Source: a virus
Virus record (IMG/VR): IMGVR_UViG_3300031227_000018
Coordinates: 32,001 to 96,000 of that record
DNA length: 64,000 nt
Direction: 5' to 3' (one strand)
Of this stretch, positions 31,011-39,251 are shown piece after piece (the first letter of the stretch is position 1; each line of letters starts with the position of its first letter). The notes below the pieces were generated by a model. It saw nothing but the letters and a program-made list of their open reading frames with translations, made no database searches and had not been told where the DNA came from. Made by a program: the position numbers and the translations under genes.

Positions 31011-31424
31011 TCATTTTCCTTGCATAAATTCATTGTGCCCCATCTCTACCTCTTCGTACAGCCTAGCTATCTGCTTACAATGCTCATCTTCTCTGCGTTG
31101 GTACTTAACTATCTCCCTATCCTTCTCGTCTAACAGTTCTTGTATGAAGGCTTGTAGTTCAAGAAAGCCACCAAGGTCAGCCAAGTCATATACTCCACCT
31201 TTTACCTGAAGACCTTTCTTCTTAATTATGTCGAAGATAAGTTCTCTTAGCTTTTCCTTCCAGTCTTTAGGCTTATCACACCTAGCGCACCCCAACTGAA
31301 CAATACCAAACTTCTTCATCACCTTAATTACTTCATCGAAGAAGTCTGACATTGACACAGCCTTATCTAATTCATTTCCTCTTACATGCATGAAGCTGAC
31401 TTCACTTTTCTCTGAATCAATCAT
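31011..31424 (-). CDS. Hypothetical protein
   Basis: RBS AGGAG; coiled-coil C-terminus. Confidence 0.6.
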   Translation of the reverse strand: MIDSEKSEVSFMHVRGNELDKAVSMSDFFDEVIKVMKKFGIVQLGCARCDKPKDWKEKLRELIFDIIKKKGLQVKGGVYDLADLGGFLELQAFIQELLDEKDREIVKYQRREDEHCKQIARLYEEVEMGHNEFMQGK

Positions 31425-31473
31425 CTTACACTCCTATGTAAACATTTGTAAAATTATAAGCATCAGGTTTTGG

Positions 31474-31851
31474 TTATACCTCATAATAGCCATCTTTGTT
31501 GGGTGTGGCTGGCCATATTATTTTATCATAGGGCTGTAGAAGCATAATTTTCTGCACTTCTTCCATAGAACCATATAGCGTTGTGGTTAAGTACCATATT
31601 GAATTGATCGCATTCACTACCCTGTTGATTAGAGCCGGTGCTAATAATAGCTTGGGTTCTTCTTCTACATAAAATTCCCAATTGTCATCAATTTTTTCAT
31701 CAATATCCCATGAATTTTCGCGGTTAGATCTACTGAATGTGTCTTTACCAAAAAACATTTTATCACCTACATAGAGTATCTTTATGTAGCAGTTTTCGCT
31801 CCATGCTTTCTTTCTTACTTTTCTTCCTACCATACTTTTTGTTATTAGCAT
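31474..31851 (-). CDS. Hypothetical protein with Tad2/DUF2829-like N-terminus
   Basis: GRKVRKKAW...YIKI...DDNWEFY resembles the G-K-V-x-R-x-x-W...DWE pattern. Confidence 0.4.
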   Translation of the reverse strand: MLITKSMVGRKVRKKAWSENCYIKILYVGDKMFFGKDTFSRSNRENSWDIDEKIDDNWEFYVEEEPKLLLAPALINRVVNAINSIWYLTTTLYGSMEEVQKIMLLQPYDKIIWPATPNKDGYYEV

Positions 31852-31863
31852 TTTATTTCTCCT

Positions 31864-32229
31864 TTAGATATTTAACAATGTTTTCTCAATAGCCAATACG
31901 ATAGCTAGGGAGGGTGTAGGTGCTGTTGCTTTTGCAGCAATGTTAGGCCCTAGATACCCCCATGACTTACTAAAACTTATGTCACATTCTTTATCAAAAA
32001 AACTCATAACAAAATAACGGTAGCCTTTTTCTCTCATCTTATCCACAAGCATAAAAGCATCTGCTATGTTATCGCAGAAATTGGGCAATCCCAGCATAAG
32101 ATTACCATTGCAAAACCAATCAGTGCTGTGGATGTCAGACCCTATCCCATTTACCCCCACAACCCATGACTTTTTTTCCCACCCTAGAACCTTCTCAGCC
32201 ATCAGTTTATTTAGCTTCTGTTTGTCCAT
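31864..32229 (-). CDS. Phage ABA-sandwich domain protein
   Basis: LNKLMAEKVLGW...PNFCDNIADAFMLVDKM...TPSLAIVLA; start MDKQ at 32229 with AAGGGG RBS. Confidence 0.75.
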   Translation of the reverse strand: MDKQKLNKLMAEKVLGWEKKSWVVGVNGIGSDIHSTDWFCNGNLMLGLPNFCDNIADAFMLVDKMREKGYRYFVMSFFDKECDISFSKSWGYLGPNIAAKATAPTPSLAIVLAIEKTLLNI

Positions 32230-32256
32230 ATCATCCCCTTTAAATATTAACAGCGT

Positions 32257-32449
32257 AGAGCATGGCAAGATTCGAACTTGCTTGTCAATACGGGTGGCAA
32301 CCAACTGTAGGACTTTTCAGTCCACCCACACGGGGAGCTTTCTTCGCACAGTGCCACAGAGTGCTTGTTACTCCGTAGGCGTCCCGTATCAACACTCTAG
32401 CTTCTTACCGACACTATTAGCATAGGTGTTCCCACCACGCCGCACGCCC
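32257..32449 (-). ncRNA. tRNA-like structured RNA (~193 nt) with a large insertion replacing the anticodon arm
   Basis: Acceptor GGGCGUG/CAUGCUC, T-arm GCAAG-UUCGAAU-CUUGC, D-like arm GUG-GUGGGAA-CAC, internal 12-bp stem and GGACU-GAAA-AGUCC hairpin. Confidence 0.65.
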
Positions 32450-32670
32450 TAGCTGTCAAAGATCAATTGCGATTCCAATACCAATTCAATGTGCTGTTAA
32501 ACCCCAATTCCCTTATTGCATCCTGTAGCCATTCCGGTAAAAGGCACCCATTATTTTGTAGAGACAATAAAAGATATTCTTCCTTTTTATTTTGTGGGAT
32601 AAAATTACAATTTCCACATCCTAAGTTTGCAATTATTATCATGTCCCTCCCACTAGCTGTTAAAGATCAA
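32449..32670 (-). repeat. 18-bp direct repeats (boxA-like) at 32449-32466 and 32653-32670
   Basis: TTGATCTTTGACAGCTAG and TTGATCTTTAACAGCTAG on the minus strand, 17/18 identical. Confidence 0.8.
32463..32642 (-). CDS. 59-aa hypothetical protein (absent from ORF track)
   Basis: MIIIANLGCGNCNF...WYWNRN*; GGGAGGG RBS. Confidence 0.6.
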   Translation of the reverse strand: MIIIANLGCGNCNFIPQNKKEEYLLLSLQNNGCLLPEWLQDAIRELGFNSTLNWYWNRN

Positions 32671-32987
32671 ACCTCATGAATCCCTTCAACCCCTCTTACC
32701 TCTCTGTCTTGTGTTCTTTTATTGAGCCACATCAGAGCTTCTTCTAGTTTTATTATTGCCATAGCGTTTTCTTTACATACGAATTTGCTTGATTGATAGG
32801 CTTGAATTCTTTGCCTACAAGCATCCATTACAGTTTCAACAAATGCTCCATTAGGTTCTCGCCTATCTGTGCCTTTTCCTAATGGTCCATCTTGCCAACT
32901 GATTGAAATTCCCGTTCCTTCGACACTTCCTCCAGTTGGATTACCATTTTCGTCTTGTGTGTTAACTGCATGATATTCTGCCAACAT
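32667..32987 (-). CDS. tad1: Tad1-family anti-Thoeris/anti-CBASS signal sponge
   Basis: ISWQDGP...NGAF...RIQAYQSSKFVCKENAMAIIKLEEALMWLNKRTQDREVRGVEG matches the Tad1 pattern FQxG...RLxxFQ...RENAxAxTxxEEALMWxxxRxxDRxxRxVxG. Confidence 0.85.
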   Translation of the reverse strand: MLAEYHAVNTQDENGNPTGGSVEGTGISISWQDGPLGKGTDRREPNGAFVETVMDACRQRIQAYQSSKFVCKENAMAIIKLEEALMWLNKRTQDREVRGVEGIHEV

Positions 32988-32999
32988 ATTTACCTCCCT

Positions 33000-33200
33000 T
33001 TAAGGTTTACATGTCCATTTAATATGCAACTCGTTATTTTTCCATCTTTTTAATTCATCGTCCATACCCGCACTGGATAAATAATTTTTAATAGCAAAAT
33101 TAATGTCTTTAGAATTAGTGCTGGAAATAGGACTAAAAACAATTTCAAGTACATCTCCATCCCACCTATGATCTATAACAAAAAACGCTCTACTTGTCAT
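33000..33200 (-). CDS. Small hypothetical protein
   Basis: GGGAGGG RBS, 66 aa. Confidence 0.6.
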   Translation of the reverse strand: MTSRAFFVIDHRWDGDVLEIVFSPISSTNSKDINFAIKNYLSSAGMDDELKRWKNNELHIKWTCKP

Positions 33201-33223
33201 TCAACCCTCCCTTTTTAAATTTG

Positions 33224-33296
33224 TGCTCCCAGCGGGATTTGAACCCACAATCCTCAGCGTGAAAAGCTGATGGCCTAACCATTAGCCCATGGGAGC
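33224..33296 (-). tRNA. tRNA-Glu (UUC), CCA not encoded
   Basis: GCTCCCA/TGGGAGC acceptor, TCAGC-TTTTCAC-GCTGA anticodon arm, GTGGG-TTCAAAT-CCCGC T-arm. Confidence 0.92.
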
Positions 33297-33305
33297 ATTC
33301 AGTCA

Positions 33306-34796
33306 TTAAAAATCTCTATATATTATCTCGCTGGGATATCTTTTATAGATTTCCATTCGAGCATTGTGATGTTTATAAAGATATTTCGTCCCCTTATTCG
33401 TAAAATCAATAAAATAAGCTGACTTTTTGTTTTCATGTGGACGCAATAATCTACCAATTTTCTGAACTACTTCGCTATCAGCTTTAAAACCAGAAGCTAA
33501 TATACCCACTTGGGCAGGAACAGTATCAACACCCTCGCCTATCACTGATGTTCCTATCAAAATATTGAATTTGTTATCATTAAAATCCTCAAGAATTTGC
33601 TTGTTCACTTTTCGTTTCCATTTGCCAGTAATAAAAACAGAACCTTCAATCTTTTCTTGCAAAATTTCTCCATGTTTAATCTCGTTTACAAAAATAATAG
33701 TAGGGACATTGTTGCTGTCAAGTTTTTGAGCAATTTCAACAATCTTATCATTATACTCTTCGTTTTGGATAAGAGCCATTTGATTTTCTTCTCTCCATTT
33801 ACTCTCTATATAAGGATTATCGTATTTATACACTATGAATTTAATGGGACTTAAAAACTTGTCGCTTATACCTTTATTAAACCCATACTCATACAAAACG
33901 TCTGACATAATAGCTTTTAATGATAAATCTGAATTATCATTTCTATAATTAGTAGCTGTGAAGCCATAACGAAAATAAATATCCTTAAATTGATTGAAAT
34001 TTAATGAAGATAAGGTTTCAGCTGAGGAATGGTGAAATTCGTCTGTAATCAACATGTCGATTGATTCAAACCATTCTGCAGGTATCTTCGGTAAGGATTG
34101 ATAGGTGGCCACTGTGATATCTTTATCAAACTGTTTTTTGCCACCTGTGATAACCCCTACGAATCTTTTACCATACAATTCAATCAATTGACTTTCAAAG
34201 ATATCTAAGATATTGGAAGACGGTACCACCACAAGAGTCTTCACTCCCTTTTCTTTAATCAGTTCCTTAATGATAAGTGTCTTCCCTGTTCCAGTGGCTG
34301 CTTCTACAATTCCACGGGAGTGAATCTTTAACTTTTCTAAGATTTCTTTTTGATAATACCTTAATTTTGGTAATTTAGTGAGTTTAAGATAATTCTTTTC
34401 TTTTTCTTCGGGTTTCTTTCTAGCATCTTCTATGGTGTAATGAATCTTAAAATTTTTGAGATATTTTTCAACCATACATAAAAGACCTGTCGGGAATGAA
34501 TTATTTGACCTATTGAAGAGTTTAACAATGGTAGCTTTTTCAACCCATTCTTCCAGCCTTTGTGGAGTGATATAAAGATACTTTAAAAGATCTGGTCGAC
34601 TCTTCCTCAATTCTTCTTTACTGAAAATTTTGGCATCTCTATATTTCTTCTTCATTACATTACGTATGAAGACATAATCCTCTTTGCGATAAGAAAGAAG
34701 ATCATTAAGATTGGAAGATAATTCGTTGATCACATTTGGATTATTATCTCCATATTTTATAAAACAGGTGCTATTATGGATTATGATTGTTATCAT
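33306..34796 (-). CDS. SF2 DExH helicase (UvsW/XPB-like)
   Basis: LRYYQ, ATGTGKT, DEFHH, TAT, QKIGRLLR. Confidence 0.92.
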   Translation of the reverse strand: MITIIIHNSTCFIKYGDNNPNVINELSSNLNDLLSYRKEDYVFIRNVMKKKYRDAKIFSKEELRKSRPDLLKYLYITPQRLEEWVEKATIVKLFNRSNNSFPTGLLCMVEKYLKNFKIHYTIEDARKKPEEKEKNYLKLTKLPKLRYYQKEILEKLKIHSRGIVEAATGTGKTLIIKELIKEKGVKTLVVVPSSNILDIFESQLIELYGKRFVGVITGGKKQFDKDITVATYQSLPKIPAEWFESIDMLITDEFHHSSAETLSSLNFNQFKDIYFRYGFTATNYRNDNSDLSLKAIMSDVLYEYGFNKGISDKFLSPIKFIVYKYDNPYIESKWREENQMALIQNEEYNDKIVEIAQKLDSNNVPTIIFVNEIKHGEILQEKIEGSVFITGKWKRKVNKQILEDFNDNKFNILIGTSVIGEGVDTVPAQVGILASGFKADSEVVQKIGRLLRPHENKKSAYFIDFTNKGTKYLYKHHNARMEIYKRYPSEIIYRDF

Positions 34797-34803
34797 ATTT
34801 CAC

Positions 34804-34841
34804 ACTTTAATTGTTCTAATGAAGAAAGTAAAAAACTATTT
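34804..34841 (-). promoter_or_regulatory. Phage early/middle promoter (helicase)
   Basis: AAATAGTTTTTTACT-17nt-TAAAGT. Confidence 0.7.
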
Positions 34842-35124
34842 TGTGCCCTTTTATTTTTTAAAAGATTTTAGTTTGCTTCTATAACTCTACTTACCTTATG
34901 AATTTATTTAATTCTCAATTGAATAAAACTGTATCCGAGAGTTACAAAACATTCTTTTTTTTAATAAAAAAAACAGCAAAAAACAATAAATCACTTCATT
35001 AAATGAGTTGATAAAAACTTTAAAAGTTAAGTGGTTAAGTGAGTGAAACGGATTTTTGATATAGTTTTTCTTAACTTATTGATTTTAAAAAGAATGGGGT
35101 ATAAAAAAATGAAACACTTCCTAA

Positions 35125-36078
35125 TTATATGTAGTTGTGGATTGATACTTCTAATAATCCACGATTGATGAGGTTGTGTAAAAGATAATATCCAAAACAT
35201 TCCTTATCTCTTATCCCCCTTAGCAATTCTTTCATATAACGAGGTCTTTTAATCTTCTTTTTGTAATTATCCGATAGATTTTTCTTGAACCTTAGAACGT
35301 CTACGATCCTTGAACAATCTTTTTTTGATGATGTAGGTCGGATAATTTTAGTATATACATTAGTTATATTTGTGCTTATTTCCGGAACACCCTCAAAAGG
35401 GTGAATTTTTTCTGTTATTTTTGTAGATGGATTGACGGGGGGAGGGCTTTTTTTATCGATTGTAGTCTTAATGATAAGATACAATTTCCAAGTATTGTTT
35501 TTAAAATTCTTTTTGATAAATGCCCTGACCAGTGAATATTCTTTGGGACTTGTTTTAGAATGACCGATAACTTTCGTATGACCATTTTTTTGGTCTACTT
35601 TTTGTTCGTGTTCTAATAAATCAATTTCGTTATTTTTTTCGTATCTTTTTGCCAGTTTAGGTGTTGTAACGATCCCCATTTTCATAAGTTTTTTAATGAC
35701 ATCTTTTCCTTCTAATGGGAAGTTTATCTTTTTAAATTTAAGCCAAGCGTCAAAGTAATTTGATTTTTCGGATTTACTTAGTTTGAATGATTGTGGTGAA
35801 AGTAATATTGGTAGGAAAATCTTCTCATCAGAACCTCTTCGGATCACTTCATCTCGAATGAGTTGTATGGATGTTGCGTGTAAGTTTGGGAATTTTTTTC
35901 TGCATTTTTTATATAGTATTTCGTGGTGAAATTTACGATCAACGGTTTTATTGGTTTTTATCAAGTTTGAATGTAGCTCAACAACCTCGTTGGTGTCGTT
36001 TAAAAGACTTTCTAACAAATCTCGTTTTGCTTTTTTGGGATTTAGATTTAAGTGTAATGTAGTGTATTTTTCTTTCAT
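35125..36078 (-). CDS. Protein with TnpB/Cas12f-like N-terminal lobe lacking RuvC
   Basis: TLHLNLNP..KRDLL, HEILYKKCRKKFPNLHATSIQLIRD, FDAWLKF, WKLYLII; no GxDxG or Zn finger. Confidence 0.5.
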   Translation of the reverse strand: MKEKYTTLHLNLNPKKAKRDLLESLLNDTNEVVELHSNLIKTNKTVDRKFHHEILYKKCRKKFPNLHATSIQLIRDEVIRRGSDEKIFLPILLSPQSFKLSKSEKSNYFDAWLKFKKINFPLEGKDVIKKLMKMGIVTTPKLAKRYEKNNEIDLLEHEQKVDQKNGHTKVIGHSKTSPKEYSLVRAFIKKNFKNNTWKLYLIIKTTIDKKSPPPVNPSTKITEKIHPFEGVPEISTNITNVYTKIIRPTSSKKDCSRIVDVLRFKKNLSDNYKKKIKRPRYMKELLRGIRDKECFGYYLLHNLINRGLLEVSIHNYI

Positions 36079-36095
36079 CGTATTTTATAGATACT

Positions 36096-36133
36096 CTTAT
36101 AGTTGCCAAAAATCAAAAAGTAAAAAACTATTT
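36096..36133 (-). promoter_or_regulatory. Phage early/middle promoter (TnpB-like gene)
   Basis: AAATAGTTTTTTACT-17nt-TATAAG. Confidence 0.7.
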
Positions 36134-36145
36134 TCAAAAAAGATA

Positions 36146-36183
36146 AAATAGTTTTTTATTTTTTTGTTTCAATGGAGTAAAAG
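36146..36183 (+). promoter_or_regulatory. Phage early/middle promoter (groEL)
   Basis: AAATAGTTTTTTATT-17nt-TAAAAG. Confidence 0.7.
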
Positions 36184-36212
36184 GAATGCAGTTCTTTGAG
36201 AGAGCTGTTTGT

Positions 36213-36277
36213 GTGGCAGGTGGATTGGGGGTCGTTGATTTTCCATCCCCCAAGTGCGACCCTCATCCGCTTGTCAT
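36213..36277 (+). promoter_or_regulatory. Long GC-rich hairpin in the groEL leader
   Basis: GTGGCAGGTGGATTGGGGGTCG / CGACCCTCATCCGCTTGTCAT, about 21 bp with G-U pairs. Confidence 0.65.
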
Positions 36278-36307
36278 AAAATCGATAATAACATCATAGG
36301 AGGTCAA

Positions 36308-38029
36308 ATGGAGTCTGTAAAAGCAAAAAGGATAGTTTCTAAGCAGAGGTTTCGTGATTTGGTGATTCAAGGTGTGGGCATTTTATCAGAACCTGTAGTT
36401 GCCACATTAGGCCCAGAGGGTTTGCCAATCTTGATTCAAAGAGATGGAGCTCCGCCGTTTTTTACAAAAGACGGTGTAACAGTGGCTCGTCATACAAAAG
36501 TCAAAAATCCGTTGCTTGATACGATAATCACTTCATTAAAAGAAAGTTCTGAAAAAACTAATGAAAAAGTTGGTGATGGAACAACAACCGCAGTGGCTTT
36601 GTCTGCCGCTATTATTCGTGAGGGGATGAAACAGATAAAATCTGGAATTGTCACTCCACAAGAATTGGTTAATGGTATTCGTAAATTAGGAGATCTGTTT
36701 CCAGCTGTTTTAGAAAAATGGGTAAGAAAGATAAAGACAAAAGAGGAGCAGCACAATGTTGCTTATATATCAGCTAATAATGATAAAGTCATTGCAGATA
36801 AAGTTGTGGAAGCTGTTGAGATGGCAGGGGAAGACGGTTATGTTTCGCTTGAAGATGGTACTTCAAAAGAAATTAAGGTTCAGTTTGTTGAGGGATATAC
36901 TTTATCGTCTGGGTGGTCTAATATCGGAGCTTATGGGACTACTTTTGTTAATAATTCTCAAAAAAATTCAGTGGACATATTGAAGCCAGCGATTCTTTTA
37001 TATGATGGAGTTGTTTCTGATGTCAATGATTTGGCTAATTTCTACATTGCTTTAACAAACAACGGGACTAGACCGATTCCATTATTAATAATAGCTCATA
37101 ATTTTGAGGGCGAAGCACTTAATATGCTTATTCTCAATAAGCGTGCTGGTCAAATTGTTGGGCTTGCAAAAGTTCCTTATTTGTCAACCATCAGTAGTCG
37201 TCGTTGGCTTTTAGATGATTTGGCAGCTTTGACGGGTGGTAAGGTTGTTGAGCATGATTCTAATGGTATTATGAAGGGAGTTTTTAGTGGTGAAAAAGTT
37301 AAGACCCTTAATGAAGGGGTGTTGGGGTGTTGTGATAAAGTGGTTATTGGTAAAAAAGATACGATAATTTATGGTGGTCATAGTGATGATGAAGAAAAGA
37401 TCAAGTACAGTGACACTTTGAGAGGACAGTTGCCGGATGCTGAAAGTGAATCGGAGTTTGATGTTGATTTGATCAAAACTCGTTTATCTAAAATGTTTGG
37501 TGGTATAGTGGAAATTCAGGTGGGCGGTTCTACTGAATTGGAGGTTAGAGAGAAAAAGTACAGGGTTGAAGATGCACTCAATGCGACGCGTGCTGCAACT
37601 GAAATGGGTGTAGTTCCTGGTGGTGGGATTGTTTTTTTCAATCTAGCAGAAATTTTCTTAAAAGATTATTTAAGAGATAATGTTCATATGGCAATAGCTA
37701 TTAAAGTCATGAAAGAAGCGTTAAAAGATCCCCTTAGAATTATATTGTCAAACGCTGATATTAAACCTGATGAGATAATCGGTGATCTTTTAAAGACAGT
37801 GCGGTCGCACCCTCTCAGGGGTTATGATGCGAAAAAGAAGGTTTTAGTGGAGAATATGATGGATGCAGGGATTATGGATCCTCTTAAGGTGTCAATTTTG
37901 GCTCTTAGAAGTGCGATTTCAATATCTTGTGAATTATTGTGTGGTGGTGGAATGTTGGCTTTTGATGAAGGCACTGACAATCCTTCACAATCTGACTTTT
38001 ATGTTAATGAATCCAATCAGGAGGTGTAG
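36308..38029 (+). CDS. groEL: Phage GroEL-like chaperonin
   Basis: TLGPEG, TKDGVTVA, GDGTTTA, RVEDALNATRAA, GVVPGGG, GIMDPLKV. Confidence 0.95.
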   Translation: MESVKAKRIVSKQRFRDLVIQGVGILSEPVVATLGPEGLPILIQRDGAPPFFTKDGVTVARHTKVKNPLLDTIITSLKESSEKTNEKVGDGTTTAVALSAAIIREGMKQIKSGIVTPQELVNGIRKLGDLFPAVLEKWVRKIKTKEEQHNVAYISANNDKVIADKVVEAVEMAGEDGYVSLEDGTSKEIKVQFVEGYTLSSGWSNIGAYGTTFVNNSQKNSVDILKPAILLYDGVVSDVNDLANFYIALTNNGTRPIPLLIIAHNFEGEALNMLILNKRAGQIVGLAKVPYLSTISSRRWLLDDLAALTGGKVVEHDSNGIMKGVFSGEKVKTLNEGVLGCCDKVVIGKKDTIIYGGHSDDEEKIKYSDTLRGQLPDAESESEFDVDLIKTRLSKMFGGIVEIQVGGSTELEVREKKYRVEDALNATRAATEMGVVPGGGIVFFNLAEIFLKDYLRDNVHMAIAIKVMKEALKDPLRIILSNADIKPDEIIGDLLKTVRSHPLRGYDAKKKVLVENMMDAGIMDPLKVSILALRSAISISCELLCGGGMLAFDEGTDNPSQSDFYVNESNQEV

Positions 38030-38031
38030 CG

Positions 38032-38274
38032 GTGGCTCAAATTGATCAAAAAGAACTTGTTGCATTAATTATTGAAGAAATGGATTGTAAGAAAGTGTTT
38101 CAAGCAAAATGGGTTTTTGATTGTGCGTTATGTGGAGATCATGTTGACGAAGGCACTGATTTTGTATTTATAGGTGATAAGCAGAAGATTTGTGTGTCTT
38201 GTCAAGCGTATATATCTGAATTTTTTAGTGATGCGTTGCAGAGAGAAGAAGAAAAAGACGGATGTTTAAAATAG
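38032..38274 (+). CDS. Zn-finger protein
   Basis: CALC...CVSC. Confidence 0.65.
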   Translation: MAQIDQKELVALIIEEMDCKKVFQAKWVFDCALCGDHVDEGTDFVFIGDKQKICVSCQAYISEFFSDALQREEEKDGCLK

Positions 38275-38306
38275 TTTTTTATTTTTGTTTATAAAAAGCG
38301 TAAAAG
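38269..38306 (+). promoter_or_regulatory. Phage early/middle promoter (clamp/modification operon)
   Basis: AAATAGTTTTTTATT-17nt-TAAAAG. Confidence 0.7.
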
Positions 38307-38342
38307 AAAGCAGTAGAAATGAACTGTATTTAGGAGAAACAA

Positions 38343-38552
38343 ATGGTTAAAGAGTGTAAGCATGACATATTGATAGCGATTTCTCAGGAGGATGAAAAGT
38401 TTTTGTGTTTTGATAAAACAAGGAGGTACAAGTGTCAGTTGTGCAGTAAGGAGATTTTGATTTTACAATATGAAGTGCGTGAATATAATGAAAGAAAATT
38501 GGAAGATGATGATAGGCAGTTAAATCTTTTTGAAAAGGAGGAAGTGAAATGA
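38343..38552 (+). CDS. Small Zn-ribbon protein with a QLNLF clamp-binding motif
   Basis: CKH...CQLC; RQLNLF near the C-terminus. Confidence 0.65.
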   Translation: MVKECKHDILIAISQEDEKFLCFDKTRRYKCQLCSKEILILQYEVREYNERKLEDDDRQLNLFEKEEVK

Positions 38553-39250
38553 AAGTAAAATCGTTGATATTTAAAGATTATTTAAGGCAGTCATGTATGG
38601 CAGGATCAGCAGCAGTTGGAGAATGTTTTCTTGATTTTAAGGATGAGGGTGTTGAGTTGTTGACAGTTACTGCAGCGAATAATGTTATGGTTAATTCATT
38701 TTTGTTAAAGAAAAATTTTGAAGAATACGAAGTGTTTGGTAAAATTGGGATAGACAATCTATCCAACTTGATGAAGTTGCTTGAACGTATTGAGAGCGAA
38801 CATATTGCTGTTGAGAAAAAAGATAACAATTTGTTGTGTTTTAAGGGTGGTAATAAAAAGATTGAATTTCTATTGAAAGATCCTGAATATATTGAAGCAC
38901 CTCCAACAGTTCCAAATGATTTATCTCATGATATTTCAATAAAATTAAATCCTGACCAAATTCGGGAATTCCTTAACGATGTTTCGGCATTGAGTGCAGA
39001 TGAGATTTTGTTTACCACAGAATCTGGGAAACTATTGTTGGTGGCTTTAGGTCAACATAAAATACGCAACAAGATTGATGTTGATATTGACGGTGAACTC
39101 AATGCAAAGTTCACTTCCCTTTTAGTTGATGCTATTGGCAATCTTACGGGTAACATTAAGGTTGATTTAAAAAATGATTATCCGGTTTTATTTAGCACAG
39201 ATTTGAATGCTAATGGATTTATTAAAATTTTAGTAGCTCCAAAAGCGTAA
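38549..39250 (+). CDS. Sliding clamp (PCNA/T4 gp45-type)
   Basis: 233 aa two-domain size; IGIDNLSNLMKLL, LKNDYPV, C-terminal KILVAPK as in PCNA; adjacent to loader. Confidence 0.82.
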   Translation: MKVKSLIFKDYLRQSCMAGSAAVGECFLDFKDEGVELLTVTAANNVMVNSFLLKKNFEEYEVFGKIGIDNLSNLMKLLERIESEHIAVEKKDNNLLCFKGGNKKIEFLLKDPEYIEAPPTVPNDLSHDISIKLNPDQIREFLNDVSALSADEILFTTESGKLLLVALGQHKIRNKIDVDIDGELNAKFTSLLVDAIGNLTGNIKVDLKNDYPVLFSTDLNANGFIKILVAPKA

Positions 39251-39251
39251 A

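Noticed and set aside
32230-32304. N-terminal extension of ORF 31864..32304
   Set aside because: Overlaps the tRNA-like RNA; a better start with RBS lies at 32229
32257-32449. tmRNA or canonical tRNA call
   Set aside because: No G3-U70, too short for tmRNA, no identifiable anticodon arm
35060-35106. Sixth copy of the early promoter motif
   Set aside because: Diverged (TAGTTTTTCT), spacing to a -10 box does not match, and it faces the 3' end of an opposite-strand gene
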